A DNA stretch of 62,750 nucleotides from an uncultured Flavobacterium sp. (GCA_963924965.1 CAWURM010000022.1:1-62750), one strand, 5' to 3'. Shown: positions 39,216 through 50,123, counted from the first letter of the stretch. The notes: a model not told the origin generated them from the letters alone. A program made the numbers and translations.

Positions 39216-41723
39216 TTATTCTTTTTTTTCTTCGTCTTTTCTAAAACCTATTAGCTTTCGATATTTAGTTTCAGCTTCTTGAAGTTCTTCCTCCAGATGT
39301 TTGTATTTACTGATGTCTTTGATAGTAACAACAGCAGCAACAACTTTGTCTTCTTGATCGATTAAAGGTCTTCCGCTAATTAAAACGCGTCTTCTTTCAC
39401 GAGTTTCTAGGTCAGACAGGATTACGTCAATATCATTGGTTATTTCTCCATTCAAAGCCTTCTCCATTGGTAAATTTTGGGATGGAAATGTGGTTCTTCC
39501 ATCCGGGAAAAACAAATCAAAATGATCCGTAATATTCAAAGGGATATTCTCGTCTTCCGTAATGCCAAAAATTTCATTGGCCATATAATTAGCCATCACT
39601 ATCTCTTTATTTGCATTAGCAACAATGACACCTTCTCCAATGTTTTCTAAAATTAATCGTAGTTTTTCTTCATTTTCATAAAGGTCATTTATAATTATTT
39701 TTTCCTCATTTTCTAATCGTGTTTCTTCAGAGATATCTCTAGCAACAGAATAGATCAATCCTTTTTTAGCATCATAATTACAATGCCAATCCAACCATTT
39801 ATAAGTTCCATCTTTACAAAGCGTTCTATTTTTATAGTTGATCATTAAGGTTCCTTTTAAGAGTTTATTAAACTCGTCTTCCACTAATTTTTTTTCGTCA
39901 CTATGAATTAAATCGGTGAACTTTATATCCATTAAATCATTTTGTTCATAGCCTAATGTTGTAGTGAAAGAAGGATTGATTTTAATAAATTGGTCCTCTT
40001 TTGAAATGGATAAAATATCAAAAGCCATGTCAAAAAAGTTGTCCGCTACTTTCAAGGATTCTTCATATTTAACCATGTCAGTTACGTCCCTTGCAACTGC
40101 AAACATTTTCCCGGTTTGAATATCAATAGTACTGGTCCAATCGAGCCATTTATACGTTCCGTCTTTGCAACGCGCCCGAGCTCTAAGATTAATTAAAGAA
40201 TTTCCTTTTTGTAAAGATTTTATAGCTTCAGTTGCTCTCTGTATATCTTCAGGATGCGTAAAGGACAAGAACGTTTTATGGTTCATATCACTTTGGTCGT
40301 AACCTAGTGTTCGTGTAAATGCAGGATTGATTTTTATAAAATAATCGCCACTTCCTACTGCTAACATATCATAGGACATATTAAAAAAGGTTTCGGCAAT
40401 TAATAATGATTTTTGCGTTTCAATTTGTGCCGTCATGTCTCTAGCTACTGCATACAAATAGCCTGTTTCCATATCAGCAGCGGCATTCCATACAAGCCAC
40501 TTAACAGTTCCATCTTTGGCAATCCATCTGTTTTCAAATTTAATGGTTGTTGCACCTTCCTCAAGTTTGGTAATTTCTGCCGTTGTAATTTCAATATCGT
40601 CAGGATGTATGTATTTGAGAAAAGAAACGGTGGTTAATTCCTCTTCTGAATATCCTAAAATTTTACTGGTTGCTGGATTTACTTTTATAAATTTATCTTT
40701 CAATGCTATTACCATGAAATCGAGTGACATGTTAAAAAATTTATCAACAGCCTTTAATTTAATTTCATTTTCGATTAATGGTGTTACATCACTTGCTACA
40801 GCATACAATAAACCCGACCCAACATCAGAATAAGTAGACCATTGTAGCCATTTAATGGAGCCATCTTTGCAAATGTATCGATTCTTAAATTGCATGGAGT
40901 TTACGCCTGATTTTAATTTGACAACCTCAGATTCGGTATTTAGAATGTCCTCAGGATGAACAAAGTTTAAAAAGGGTTGACTGATTAATTCTTCGTTTGA
41001 ATATCCTAATATTTCAATTGTTGCAGGGTTTACTTTAATGAATTTATCTAATGAGGCAATAACCATCATTTCTGCCGACATATTAAAAAACTTATCCGAA
41101 ATCAATAATGAATCTTCTAATTTTTTTCTTGAAGTAATATCAGTTAATATACCACCAATGGCATAAATTCTATTATTAGAATCATACAAAGGAAATTTAA
41201 CCGCTATATAGGTATGGTTGCCATCTTCTTGTTCAATAACTTCTTCAGTAGTTAATTCTTTTAATTGTTTAACGACTTCCAAGTCAGAATTTCGATTAGA
41301 AATAGCATCTTCTTCGGGTAAAAAATCATGATCCGTTTTTCCTAGAATTAATTCTTTAGGATTTTTTAATAAAGTGGTGAATTGCTTATTGACTAGTAAA
41401 TACTCTCCGTTAATTTTCTTAACAAAAATGGGGCTTGAGGTATTGTCAACTATTGATTGTAGAAGCAATCGGTTTTCATTAAGTAAATCCTGGGAAATGG
41501 TTTTAGACTTTAATTGCGTTTTAATGATGAAATAAACAACGATTAATAATACAATAGAGAGAGCAAATAGTAGGAGTTCAACCCAATAAAAAACAGGATC
41601 CATTGTTTTGTCTCTGCTAGTATCGAGCCTATTTATGAATATTAATCCAGATGCAATAACAACTAAAACATTAATAACAAACCCAAGGAATATTTTTTTT
41701 TCAAAAGAAATTTTCATAGTCAA
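39216..41723 (-). CDS. Membrane-anchored multi-PAS (6 PAS/PAC) protein without output domain
   Basis: Two N-terminal TM helices; repeated FFNMS..VNPA..LGY..HP[ED]D..CKDG..KWL.W..VARD units; ends in a short coiled coil. Confidence 0.88.
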   Translation of the reverse strand: MTMKISFEKKIFLGFVINVLVVIASGLIFINRLDTSRDKTMDPVFYWVELLLFALSIVLLIVVYFIIKTQLKSKTISQDLLNENRLLLQSIVDNTSSPIFVKKINGEYLLVNKQFTTLLKNPKELILGKTDHDFLPEEDAISNRNSDLEVVKQLKELTTEEVIEQEDGNHTYIAVKFPLYDSNNRIYAIGGILTDITSRKKLEDSLLISDKFFNMSAEMMVIASLDKFIKVNPATIEILGYSNEELISQPFLNFVHPEDILNTESEVVKLKSGVNSMQFKNRYICKDGSIKWLQWSTYSDVGSGLLYAVASDVTPLIENEIKLKAVDKFFNMSLDFMVIALKDKFIKVNPATSKILGYSEEELTTVSFLKYIHPDDIEITTAEITKLEEGATTIKFENRWIAKDGTVKWLVWNAAADMETGYLYAVARDMTAQIETQKSLLIAETFFNMSYDMLAVGSGDYFIKINPAFTRTLGYDQSDMNHKTFLSFTHPEDIQRATEAIKSLQKGNSLINLRARARCKDGTYKWLDWTSTIDIQTGKMFAVARDVTDMVKYEESLKVADNFFDMAFDILSISKEDQFIKINPSFTTTLGYEQNDLMDIKFTDLIHSDEKKLVEDEFNKLLKGTLMINYKNRTLCKDGTYKWLDWHCNYDAKKGLIYSVARDISEETRLENEEKIIINDLYENEEKLRLILENIGEGVIVANANKEIVMANYMANEIFGITEDENIPLNITDHFDLFFPDGRTTFPSQNLPMEKALNGEITNDIDVILSDLETRERRRVLISGRPLIDQEDKVVAAVVTIKDISKYKHLEEELQEAETKYRKLIGFRKDEEKKE

Positions 41724-41934
41724 TTGGTTTTATAATTAATTTACATTAAAATGAATTACCTGAAATTTGATAGTTTCTATATGTCTTAAAGTTAGTGAAT
41801 TTAATTGGATTTAGTAAGATTTTTTTCATCTTTGTCGCTATAAATCAATCTGTTGAAGAGGTTAATAGTGTGTCAAAATACCTGGTCTTAAAAAGTTGGA
41901 GTTGTAATTTGTTGTAGGGTCTAAAAAATAGAAA

Positions 41935-43830
41935 TTAGGTTTCCATATTTTTAAAGTTCAGCAAATTCAAGCTTAATAAGATCACGATTAAAGTAACTCC
42001 CACATCTGCAGCAATTGCAAAAACTAAATTGCTGTAGCCTAAAAAAGCTAATATTATAAAGAGAAGCTTCACTGCAATAGCTCCTATGGTATTAGTTTTA
42101 ATTCGGTTAAGTGTTTTTTTACTGAGTGCTATTAAGAAGGGGATCAAGGATAGGTTATCGTTTAATAAAGCAATATTTGCTGTTTCAATTGCGGTATCGC
42201 TCCCTGCCGCCCCCATTGCAATACCAATTGTGCTTTGAGCCAAAGCCGGAGCATCATTTATTCCATCGCCTACCATGGCTACGCTCTCAAACTGGTACTT
42301 GAGTTCTTTAATTTTATTTGATTTATCTTCGGGAAGTAAACCACCATACACTTTGTTAATTCCTACTTGTTTTGCTACATAATAGGCGGCTTTTTTACTA
42401 TCACCAGTAAGCATTATCAGTTCAATATTCATCGCTTGTAATTGTTTTATTGCCTTGATGCTATCTGGTTTTATTTCATCAGTTAATCCAATAATACCAG
42501 CTACTCCTGCACCAAAACTTATGACAACGCTCGTTTTCCCCTCTGAAGCTAATTGTTGCACTATTTTTTCGGCTTCGTCATTGACTTCTTGATACTCCTT
42601 TATAAAATCAAGTTTACCGACATATACCGTTTCATCTTCGCACACTAAACATTTTGCAATCGCTCCTTTACCCATGAAGCTTTGTAAACCTTCCGCTTGA
42701 TGAGGTTCAAACCCTTCTTTTTTGCTAGCAGAAACAATGGCTTGTGCTAATGGATGTTCGGATAAAAGTTCTGTTCCGGCTGTACAAGCCAATAATTCCT
42801 CCCGAGTAGTTCCGTTTAATGGAAATACATCGGTGACTATGGGACGGCCAAACGTTATTGTTCTAGTTTTATCTAAAGCAATTGCTTTTATTTGGGCCAT
42901 TCCTTCTATATATTTTCCTCCTTTTACCAGAGCACCTTTTGTGGAAGCATTACCTATTGCGGCATATATCGCAACCGGTGTTGAAATTACTAAAGCGCAA
43001 GGACAGGCAATTACTAATAGTGTTATGGCTTGTTTTAACCAATGATCAAAATCGAGGTGAAAGACCAACACAGGAATAACCAAAACTAAAATGGCTAATC
43101 CAATTATCGCGGGTGTATAAAATTGTGAAAATTTCTGGATAAATTTTTGAGTTTCACTCCTAGACGCGTTAGCCTCAAACGTCAGTCTAATAATCTTAGA
43201 AAAAGTAGTATCTATAGATAGTTTTGTAGTTGCTACTTCTATGAAACCATTTTTATTCAATGTTCCCGCAAATACTATATCGCCGGGATGCTTATCTACA
43301 GGTAAAGGTTCCCCTGTGATTGTTGTTTCATCAATCATTGTTTGGCCTGCAAGCATCCTACCATCTAGGGGAATCATTTCTCCTGGTTTGATTTGAATGA
43401 TGGTCCCAATGGCAATTTGGTCTATCGTGATGTTTTGATTCGCTATTTTTACAAAAGCTGTTTTGGGTACTTGACGAATTAATTCATCCAGTGCCGATTT
43501 GGAATTTTCTAATCCTATGTCTTCTAATCGTTCTCCCAAAACATAAAGCACTATTACTACCGCTGCTTCGGGATATTCGCCCAAATAGAAAGCTGCGATC
43601 ACAGCAATTGTCATCAGTAAATTAATACTACTGAATTTAAGTTTAAAAATAGCTTTAACCCCATTAATTAATACTTCGTGTCCAATTCCAATAATAAAAA
43701 AGGCAAAAATAAATGGTTCATACGGCCTAGGAATGTGGACTCCTATTAGCGATAAAATTTCTAAAATAATAACAATTGTGGTAGCAAAAAGCAACGTTAT
43801 GAATTTTTTGTCTTTGATGGGGAGTGTCAT
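41935..43830 (-). CDS. Heavy-metal P1B-type ATPase (Zn/Cd/Pb-like, no N-terminal metal-binding domain)
   Basis: TGE, CPCALVIS, DKTRT, SEHPLA, TGD, GDGINDAPAL, ADVG. Confidence 0.9.
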   Translation of the reverse strand: MTLPIKDKKFITLLFATTIVIILEILSLIGVHIPRPYEPFIFAFFIIGIGHEVLINGVKAIFKLKFSSINLLMTIAVIAAFYLGEYPEAAVVIVLYVLGERLEDIGLENSKSALDELIRQVPKTAFVKIANQNITIDQIAIGTIIQIKPGEMIPLDGRMLAGQTMIDETTITGEPLPVDKHPGDIVFAGTLNKNGFIEVATTKLSIDTTFSKIIRLTFEANASRSETQKFIQKFSQFYTPAIIGLAILVLVIPVLVFHLDFDHWLKQAITLLVIACPCALVISTPVAIYAAIGNASTKGALVKGGKYIEGMAQIKAIALDKTRTITFGRPIVTDVFPLNGTTREELLACTAGTELLSEHPLAQAIVSASKKEGFEPHQAEGLQSFMGKGAIAKCLVCEDETVYVGKLDFIKEYQEVNDEAEKIVQQLASEGKTSVVISFGAGVAGIIGLTDEIKPDSIKAIKQLQAMNIELIMLTGDSKKAAYYVAKQVGINKVYGGLLPEDKSNKIKELKYQFESVAMVGDGINDAPALAQSTIGIAMGAAGSDTAIETANIALLNDNLSLIPFLIALSKKTLNRIKTNTIGAIAVKLLFIILAFLGYSNLVFAIAADVGVTLIVILLSLNLLNFKNMET

Positions 43831-44142
43831 AAAATATCTTTTTGATTGGTTTTAATATAATTTTTTATCAATGAAAAACAGTCTTTGAAATGGTTCCCAA
43901 GGATGAGGAATTACTAGAATTGATGTGCTTTTCTATTTACTAAAAACGATATTATTGTTAAATATAAAAACAATATCTTCCATATCTAGCATCGCTAATG
44001 TATTTTAACTTAATATTTTAAATACAAAATTGAACTGTTGACAGTGGATGCTCTCAATAGCATTTTTAGATTTGCATTTTTACATAAAAAGGTAGTAGAT
44101 TATGCCAAAAACTTTGCGAACTTTGCAGTCAAATATTTTGAC

Positions 44143-44583
44143 ATGAAAATAAACTTAAAAAACGGAATTGATAAACTCATTTTCGGTATGAAGCAAAAGG
44201 ATGTTTCTGCACTTTACGGTAAACCGGATAGAAACTACAAAGACGAAGATGACAATGTTATTTTTGCTTATAACGCACTTAAAATACGGTTGACTTTTTA
44301 TCAAGAAGAAGAGTTTAAATTGGGTTATATGGTAGCATCAAGTCCTGATTTGGATTTGTTCGGGAATAAAGTTATCGGAAGAAAGATAAGTGATGTAAAA
44401 AAAGAATTAGCTCAAAAAGGAATTACTAAATTTACACAAGAAGAATTTGATACGTTCGAAAATTATTTCAATGAAGAGAATTGGATTATTTTTCAAACTG
44501 AATATGATGAGGTGGTAAAATTTGAAATTGGTGCGATTATTAATCAAAAAGATGAGTTTGACTGGAAGTTTGGTAAAAAATAA
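44143..44583 (+). CDS. Hypothetical protein
   Basis: Start re-called at MKINLKNG; 146 aa; LYGKPD motif. Confidence 0.75.
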   Translation: MKINLKNGIDKLIFGMKQKDVSALYGKPDRNYKDEDDNVIFAYNALKIRLTFYQEEEFKLGYMVASSPDLDLFGNKVIGRKISDVKKELAQKGITKFTQEEFDTFENYFNEENWIIFQTEYDEVVKFEIGAIINQKDEFDWKFGKK

Positions 44584-44605
44584 ACTTTTCAAAAATAGGT
44601 TCAAT

Positions 44606-44640
44606 AAAAAACCCGATACAATTAGATGTATCGGGTTTTT
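44606..44640. terminator. Bidirectional terminator
   Basis: AAAAACCCGATACA-attaga-TGTATCGGGTTTTT. Confidence 0.8.
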
Positions 44641-44660
44641 AGTATAATGGATTTTTATAT

Positions 44661-45842
44661 TTAATTGGCGGGTTGCTTATCAAACATTTCTAGTTCGAAA
44701 ATTAAAGTGGCATTAGGTGGAATAACACCACCAGCACCGTTTGCTCCATAAGCTAAGTTTGATGGTATGAAAAGCAGTGCTTTATCGCCATAAGACATTA
44801 GGTTTAACCCTTCAAGAAAACCAGGTATCATACCTTCTTTTCTTCCACATTGGAAAGGGAAAGCTTGGTATCCGTTTTGTGCAGCTCTATTAGCATCAAA
44901 TTTCCCATACGCTTTGGCTACTTCTTCATAACTACTATCAAATAGAGTTCCGTCCTCAAAATAACCAGCGTAGTGAAAAAAGAAAGTAGATCCATCAACT
45001 GGTTTTACTCCTGTTCCTTTTTGTACGATAGCATAGGTTAATCCAGAGGCAGTTGTTGTGGCAGTAGCTTTTGCTTTAGCAAAATAAGTTAATTTATCAG
45101 CAATAACACTAGCATATTTTGCGTTGTTTGCTTTTGTTTTTTCTGCTTCTATTAACGCTAGTTTTTTGGCGTCCTCCTCTTTGTTCTCATAATAATTTGC
45201 AAATACCTTTGATGCATCAAAATATTTTGCAGCTTTTCCTTTTCGGGTAATCGTTACTTTAGTAATTACATCATTTTGTGCAATGGCATTAACAATCTCC
45301 ATTCCTTGCGTTACATGACCAAAAATAGTGTGTTTCCCGTTGAGCCAAGGTGTATCCTTATGAGTAATAAAAAACTGACTAGAATTAGTTGCTGGACCTG
45401 AATTAGCCATTGCTAAAACACCACCTTTCTCGAATTTTAAATCGGTAAATTCATCTTTAAATGCATATCCAGTTCCGCCGGCTCCACTTCCTTGGGGATC
45501 TCCGGTTTGGATCATGAAATTACTAATTACTCTATGGAATTTTAGTCCATCAAAAAAAGGTTTTCCCTTTAACTTTTCATCAGTTACAAATGTATTTTTT
45601 CCTTCAGCAAGTGAAATGAAATTAGCAACAGTGATAGGCGCTTTCTGGAAATTTAATTCTACGGTAATATCTCCTTTATTTGTCGCGATTGTAGCAAAAA
45701 TTCCTTCGATTATCGTAGGTGATTTAACACTATTTTTTGTGGTTGAAACAGTAGTTTTTTTTGTTGGAATCGGTTTCTTTGTACTTTGTCCTTGAGCATT
45801 TACAATGCCAAAGAATACTAAAATTAAAAGTTTTAATTTCAT
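44661..45842 (-). CDS. Secreted cyclophilin-FKBP dual peptidyl-prolyl isomerase
   Basis: FHRVISNFMIQTGDP, LAMANSGP, GKHTIFG; FKBP IPSNLAYG...IPPNATLIFELE. Confidence 0.93.
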   Translation of the reverse strand: MKLKLLILVFFGIVNAQGQSTKKPIPTKKTTVSTTKNSVKSPTIIEGIFATIATNKGDITVELNFQKAPITVANFISLAEGKNTFVTDEKLKGKPFFDGLKFHRVISNFMIQTGDPQGSGAGGTGYAFKDEFTDLKFEKGGVLAMANSGPATNSSQFFITHKDTPWLNGKHTIFGHVTQGMEIVNAIAQNDVITKVTITRKGKAAKYFDASKVFANYYENKEEDAKKLALIEAEKTKANNAKYASVIADKLTYFAKAKATATTTASGLTYAIVQKGTGVKPVDGSTFFFHYAGYFEDGTLFDSSYEEVAKAYGKFDANRAAQNGYQAFPFQCGRKEGMIPGFLEGLNLMSYGDKALLFIPSNLAYGANGAGGVIPPNATLIFELEMFDKQPAN

Positions 45843-45879
45843 CTTTTTTAAATTAAGGTCTAACTTCTCTTTCTAATTG

Positions 45880-47005
45880 TTATTTTTTACTAGGATCTAA
45901 TAGTTCAATTTCAAATATAATATCGGTGTAAGGTGGGATCACATCTCCGGCACCACCCGCCCCGTAAGCTATATGAGAAGGTATGAACAGTATTGCTTTA
46001 TCACCTAAAGACAATTTTTCTAATCCTTCAATAAAACCAGGAATCATGCCGTCTTTTCTTCCTGCTTGAAAAGGAATGGGTTGGTATCCGTTTTGATTGG
46101 CTCTGTTTTGATCAAATGTTCCATATGTTTGTGCTACATTCTCTATACTGGTATCGAAAAGTTGTCCTTCTGCTAAGAATCCTGCATAGTGAATGTACAG
46201 TGTTGTTCCTTTTATTGGTTTTTTACCACCTGATTTAGATGTAATTACATATTTTAATCCGCTTGAAGTTTTAATAGCCTTACTCTTTAAAGCGTTGAAA
46301 TATTTTACTTTATCTTCTCGAACATCTTTATATTTTTCATCAAATGCTTTTTTATTTTGAGCCTCGATTGCTAATTTTTTCTTTTGATTTTCAGACTCGA
46401 TTGAGAAATAATCATAAAAAGTTTTTTCAGCGTTGAATTTTTTTGCCACCTCACCATTTCGGATAATAGTGATTTTTTTAATAGAGTCATTTTGCTCTAT
46501 TTTATTGACAACTTCCATTCCGTTTTCAACTACATGTCCAAAAACAGTATGTTTTCCCTCTAGCCAGGGTGTAGCGACATGCGTAATAAAAAACTGACTA
46601 CTATTTGTAGCAGGTCCGTTATTGGCCATAGCCAAGACACCACCATTATCAAAGTGCAGGTTGTTAATTTCGTCTTTGAATTTATAACCAGCATCTCCAG
46701 AGCCCGTTCCTAGTGGATCTCCGGTTTGAATCATGAAGTCTTTAATTACACGGTGAAATCGTAATCCGTCAAAAAATGGTCTCCCTTTTAAATGTTCATT
46801 GGTTACAAAATTATTTTTTCCTTCGGCCAAAGTAATAAAGTTAGCAACAGTTATAGGAGCTTCTTTGTAATCTAAGGAAAGGATTATTATCCCTTTACTA
46901 GTTTCTATTTTTGCATATAAACCATCAGGAAGATTATTGTCTTCATCTTTACAGGAAAGGAATGTTGTTAGTACAAGTAATACAAATAGGATGTTTTTTT
47001 TTCAT
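45880..47005 (-). CDS. Second cyclophilin-FKBP PPIase (lipoprotein); 5' end out of frame by one extra base in T9 run 46994-47002
   Basis: With A8 the start reads MKKNILFVLLVLTTFLSCKDEDNNLPDGLYAKIETSKG and joins the 45880-46830 ORF. Confidence 0.9.
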
Positions 47006-47020
47006 CTTGATATTAATAAA

Positions 47021-47713
47021 TTATTTTAGGGTATCTTTTATTTTTATAGGTGTTATCATTGTTTTTTTTAGTGGCGATTGTGGTTTCGCAACACTATTTG
47101 AAGAAACTTTTTTTACAGTACTATCTTTTACTACAAGTTTCATAGTCGATCGTTTATTACTTTCAGATTCCGATAAAAAATCACGAAGTGTTACAGTACA
47201 AATTAAAGGTTGATTAATCCCTATTTTTTTATTATCTCCATGGTATCCAAATCCCATATGAGAAGGAAATAGAAAGTTTACTTTTTCCTTTTTATGCATC
47301 AGTTTTATTCCATCTCTTAGCCCCATCATAATATCTTGTTTGTCGATATGATACACTTGGGGACGTAACTCTAGTTCAGAATAAATAATGTTGCCATCTA
47401 GATCTTTAATCTCATAATCAAAGTAGGCTATATCTCCTTTTTTTGGAGTTATAGTATCAATTTCATTTTTAATTTCATAGGAATACCAATACCCTTTCGA
47501 AGAAGCAATAAATTCAACGGTTGGCTTATTTTTCATTAAAAGCTTTATTAAATCTTCTTCGCTCGATACTAGTTTTTTATTTCTAGCGGCAGATTTTTTC
47601 ATAAATGTTCCAGAAGAATGTGAAATAGGTCTTCTTGGTTCTTGCTGCTGTTTACAACCTGTAATTAGTCCTGAAATAAAGAGTGCAATTGCAATTAAAT
47701 AAGTGTATTTCAT
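47021..47713 (-). CDS. gldI: Gliding motility-associated FKBP-type PPIase lipoprotein
   Basis: Lipobox ITGC, EPRRPIS, SSKGYWY, GLRDGIKLM, FPSHMGFGYHGD; position between DHH gene and PPIases. Confidence 0.9.
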   Translation of the reverse strand: MKYTYLIAIALFISGLITGCKQQQEPRRPISHSSGTFMKKSAARNKKLVSSEEDLIKLLMKNKPTVEFIASSKGYWYSYEIKNEIDTITPKKGDIAYFDYEIKDLDGNIIYSELELRPQVYHIDKQDIMMGLRDGIKLMHKKEKVNFLFPSHMGFGYHGDNKKIGINQPLICTVTLRDFLSESESNKRSTMKLVVKDSTVKKVSSNSVAKPQSPLKKTMITPIKIKDTLK

Positions 47714-47719
47714 AGCGGA

Positions 47720-48727
47720 CTATATCTTTAATTTTGTTACTAAATTTTCAAATTTACTCACTGTTTCTTCCATAGAAATGTCTGATTTCCCTCCAGCGGC
47801 ATTGCGATGACCTCCGCCATTGAAATGTGCTCTAGCAAATTCATTAACGTCAAAGTCTCCTTGAGAGCGAAATGATATTTTGATTATTTTTTCGTCTTTA
47901 TTTTCAATAAATATAGCAGTAAAAACAACTCCTTTAATACTTAATCCGTAATTTACAATGCCTTCTGTATCTCCTTTAACATGTTCAAAAGTATTCAATT
48001 CATCTTGCGTAAGAGTGGTGTAAGTCGTTTGATGTTCCGTCAATACTTTCATGTTTTGCAGTGCTCTTCCTAATAATTGTAAACGACTGTAAGAGCTGTT
48101 TTCAAAAAGTAAATTGGGAATTTTGGTATTTTCAACCCCTAAATCGATTAGTTCTGCTACGATTCGATGGGTGTTTCCTGTGGTTCCAGGAAATCTAAAA
48201 GAACCGGAATCTGTTAAAATTCCTGTATAAATGCACGTTCCAATAGTTTTGTCGATAGCTGCTTTTTGATCTAAAAAGCCAATGAAGTTGTACAGCATTT
48301 CACAAGTCGATCCAAAACTGGTGTCAGAGTAGGTGACAGTTGCATAATCATCGGGTTTTTGATGATGGTCAATCATTATAAATGGTGCTTTCATCGTTTC
48401 CAAGACTTGTTCCATCTCTGATCCTACGCGGTGTAATGCGTTAAAATCCAGTGTAAATATGACATCGGATTCTTCAAGAATTTTTGTGCAATTTACCTTG
48501 TCTTTTTCAAATATTTTTACATTTTCAGAACCAGGAAGCCAGGCTAGAAAATCAGGAAATTCATTGGGAGCAATAACAACCGGCTGGTGATTGCTTTTTA
48601 ATAAAAAATGATATAGTCCTAAAGTAGATCCCATTGCATCACCGTCAGGTCCTCTATGAGGGATAATAGCTATCTTTTTTGGCGTTGCTAGTAATAATTG
48701 TACCGCTTGAATGTCTTGTGTTTTCAT
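47720..48727 (-). CDS. nrnA: DHH-family oligoribonuclease/PAP phosphatase
   Basis: PDGDAMGS, IDHH, TDSGSF, GGGHRNAAGG. Confidence 0.92.
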   Translation of the reverse strand: MKTQDIQAVQLLLATPKKIAIIPHRGPDGDAMGSTLGLYHFLLKSNHQPVVIAPNEFPDFLAWLPGSENVKIFEKDKVNCTKILEESDVIFTLDFNALHRVGSEMEQVLETMKAPFIMIDHHQKPDDYATVTYSDTSFGSTCEMLYNFIGFLDQKAAIDKTIGTCIYTGILTDSGSFRFPGTTGNTHRIVAELIDLGVENTKIPNLLFENSSYSRLQLLGRALQNMKVLTEHQTTYTTLTQDELNTFEHVKGDTEGIVNYGLSIKGVVFTAIFIENKDEKIIKISFRSQGDFDVNEFARAHFNGGGHRNAAGGKSDISMEETVSKFENLVTKLKI

Positions 48728-48796
48728 AGTTTGCGAATTTACATTTTTTTAATGTAAAGTTTTAAATCATTTCTAATTTAACATGCTTTTTAGAAA

Positions 48797-50053
48797 TTAG
48801 AAATTATCAAGTTTGTTTCTGCTGAATTTTTGATACAAATGAAATTTCGGACCTTTAACTATTTGAGAATGATAGATACCTATAGAACCTGAAGATAAAT
48901 AGGCAACGAAGCAAGCAATACCGATGTACAAGCCGCTTTCTATTCCAAAAAGCTCCATTCCCATGAGCGTACAAGCAATAGGTGTGTGTGTTGCTCCTGA
49001 GAAAACAGCCACGAAACCCATTCCAGCCAAAAGTGCTATTGGAAGTGGTACAATAAGAGATAAAGTGCTACCCAATGTTGCTCCTATGAAGAAAAGAGGT
49101 GTTACTTCACCTCCTTTAAATCCTGCTCCTAATGTGAATCCTGTAAATAAAATTTTCAATAAAAAGTCGTAATATGCACTGGGTTTTGAAAAAGATTCTA
49201 CAATGATAGGAACTCCCAATCCCATGTATTTTGTCGTACTAATAAAATACATCGCAATCGCAAATAGCAGTCCGCCTAAAAAAGGACGAAGTGGTGGATA
49301 TAGTATAGTTTTCGAAAATAAACTTCCCCAAAAATGGGTGCTCCTAGAAAAGAGCATGGCTGCAAGTCCAAATAAAATACTAATGGGAATAATCCAAAAT
49401 AAAATTTCGATCGAAAAAACTGGAATTTCGGGAATGGAATAATGGGTGTGCTCCACGCTCCATAATGCTACAGTATAATAAGCAAAAAAGGCGACCAGAA
49501 ATGATAAAATAATACTTTTGAAACTGATTTTACTAAAATAAACCACTTCCAAAGCGAATATAGCGCCAGCTATTGGCGTGCCAAAAACGGAGGCAAATCC
49601 GGCACTGATTCCCAGAATAATTAAAGTTTTTCTCTCTAAAGAGTCTAACTTAAAGATTTTAGTAAACTGGTCGGCGATAGCACCACCCATTTGGACCGCT
49701 GTTCCTTCTCGACCTGCTGATCCACCAAAAAGGTGCGTCGCAATCGTACCGAAAAGAACAAATGGAGCCATTTTTAGTGGAATTGTCTTTTGAGGAGTGT
49801 CGTATTCTTCTAGTAATAAATTATTCCCTTTTACTACCGATGCGCCATAATAATGATATATAAAACCAATAAATAAACCCCCAATTGGCAAAAGCCAAAT
49901 AATCCAATTGTGCTGCTCTCTATAGATCGCAGCCCATTCTAACGAAACTAAAAGTAGTGCTGAAGCTGAACCCGATAATGAGCCGATCACGCTACAAATT
50001 AAAATCCATTTGAGACTGTTTAATAGTGTTATTTTAATTTTTTCTAAATTCAT
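48797..50053 (-). CDS. CLC-family transporter, fluoride-specific CLC-F type
   Basis: GNNLL, GREGTA, YMGLG, GGEVTP signatures. Confidence 0.88.
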   Translation of the reverse strand: MNLEKIKITLLNSLKWILICSVIGSLSGSASALLLVSLEWAAIYREQHNWIIWLLPIGGLFIGFIYHYYGASVVKGNNLLLEEYDTPQKTIPLKMAPFVLFGTIATHLFGGSAGREGTAVQMGGAIADQFTKIFKLDSLERKTLIILGISAGFASVFGTPIAGAIFALEVVYFSKISFKSIILSFLVAFFAYYTVALWSVEHTHYSIPEIPVFSIEILFWIIPISILFGLAAMLFSRSTHFWGSLFSKTILYPPLRPFLGGLLFAIAMYFISTTKYMGLGVPIIVESFSKPSAYYDFLLKILFTGFTLGAGFKGGEVTPLFFIGATLGSTLSLIVPLPIALLAGMGFVAVFSGATHTPIACTLMGMELFGIESGLYIGIACFVAYLSSGSIGIYHSQIVKGPKFHLYQKFSRNKLDNF

Positions 50054-50123
50054 TATTGTATTAGAAAGATTGTAATTCTTTATTTTGCTAAAGTATTACA
50101 ATCCTTTTAAATATCGCTTGTTT

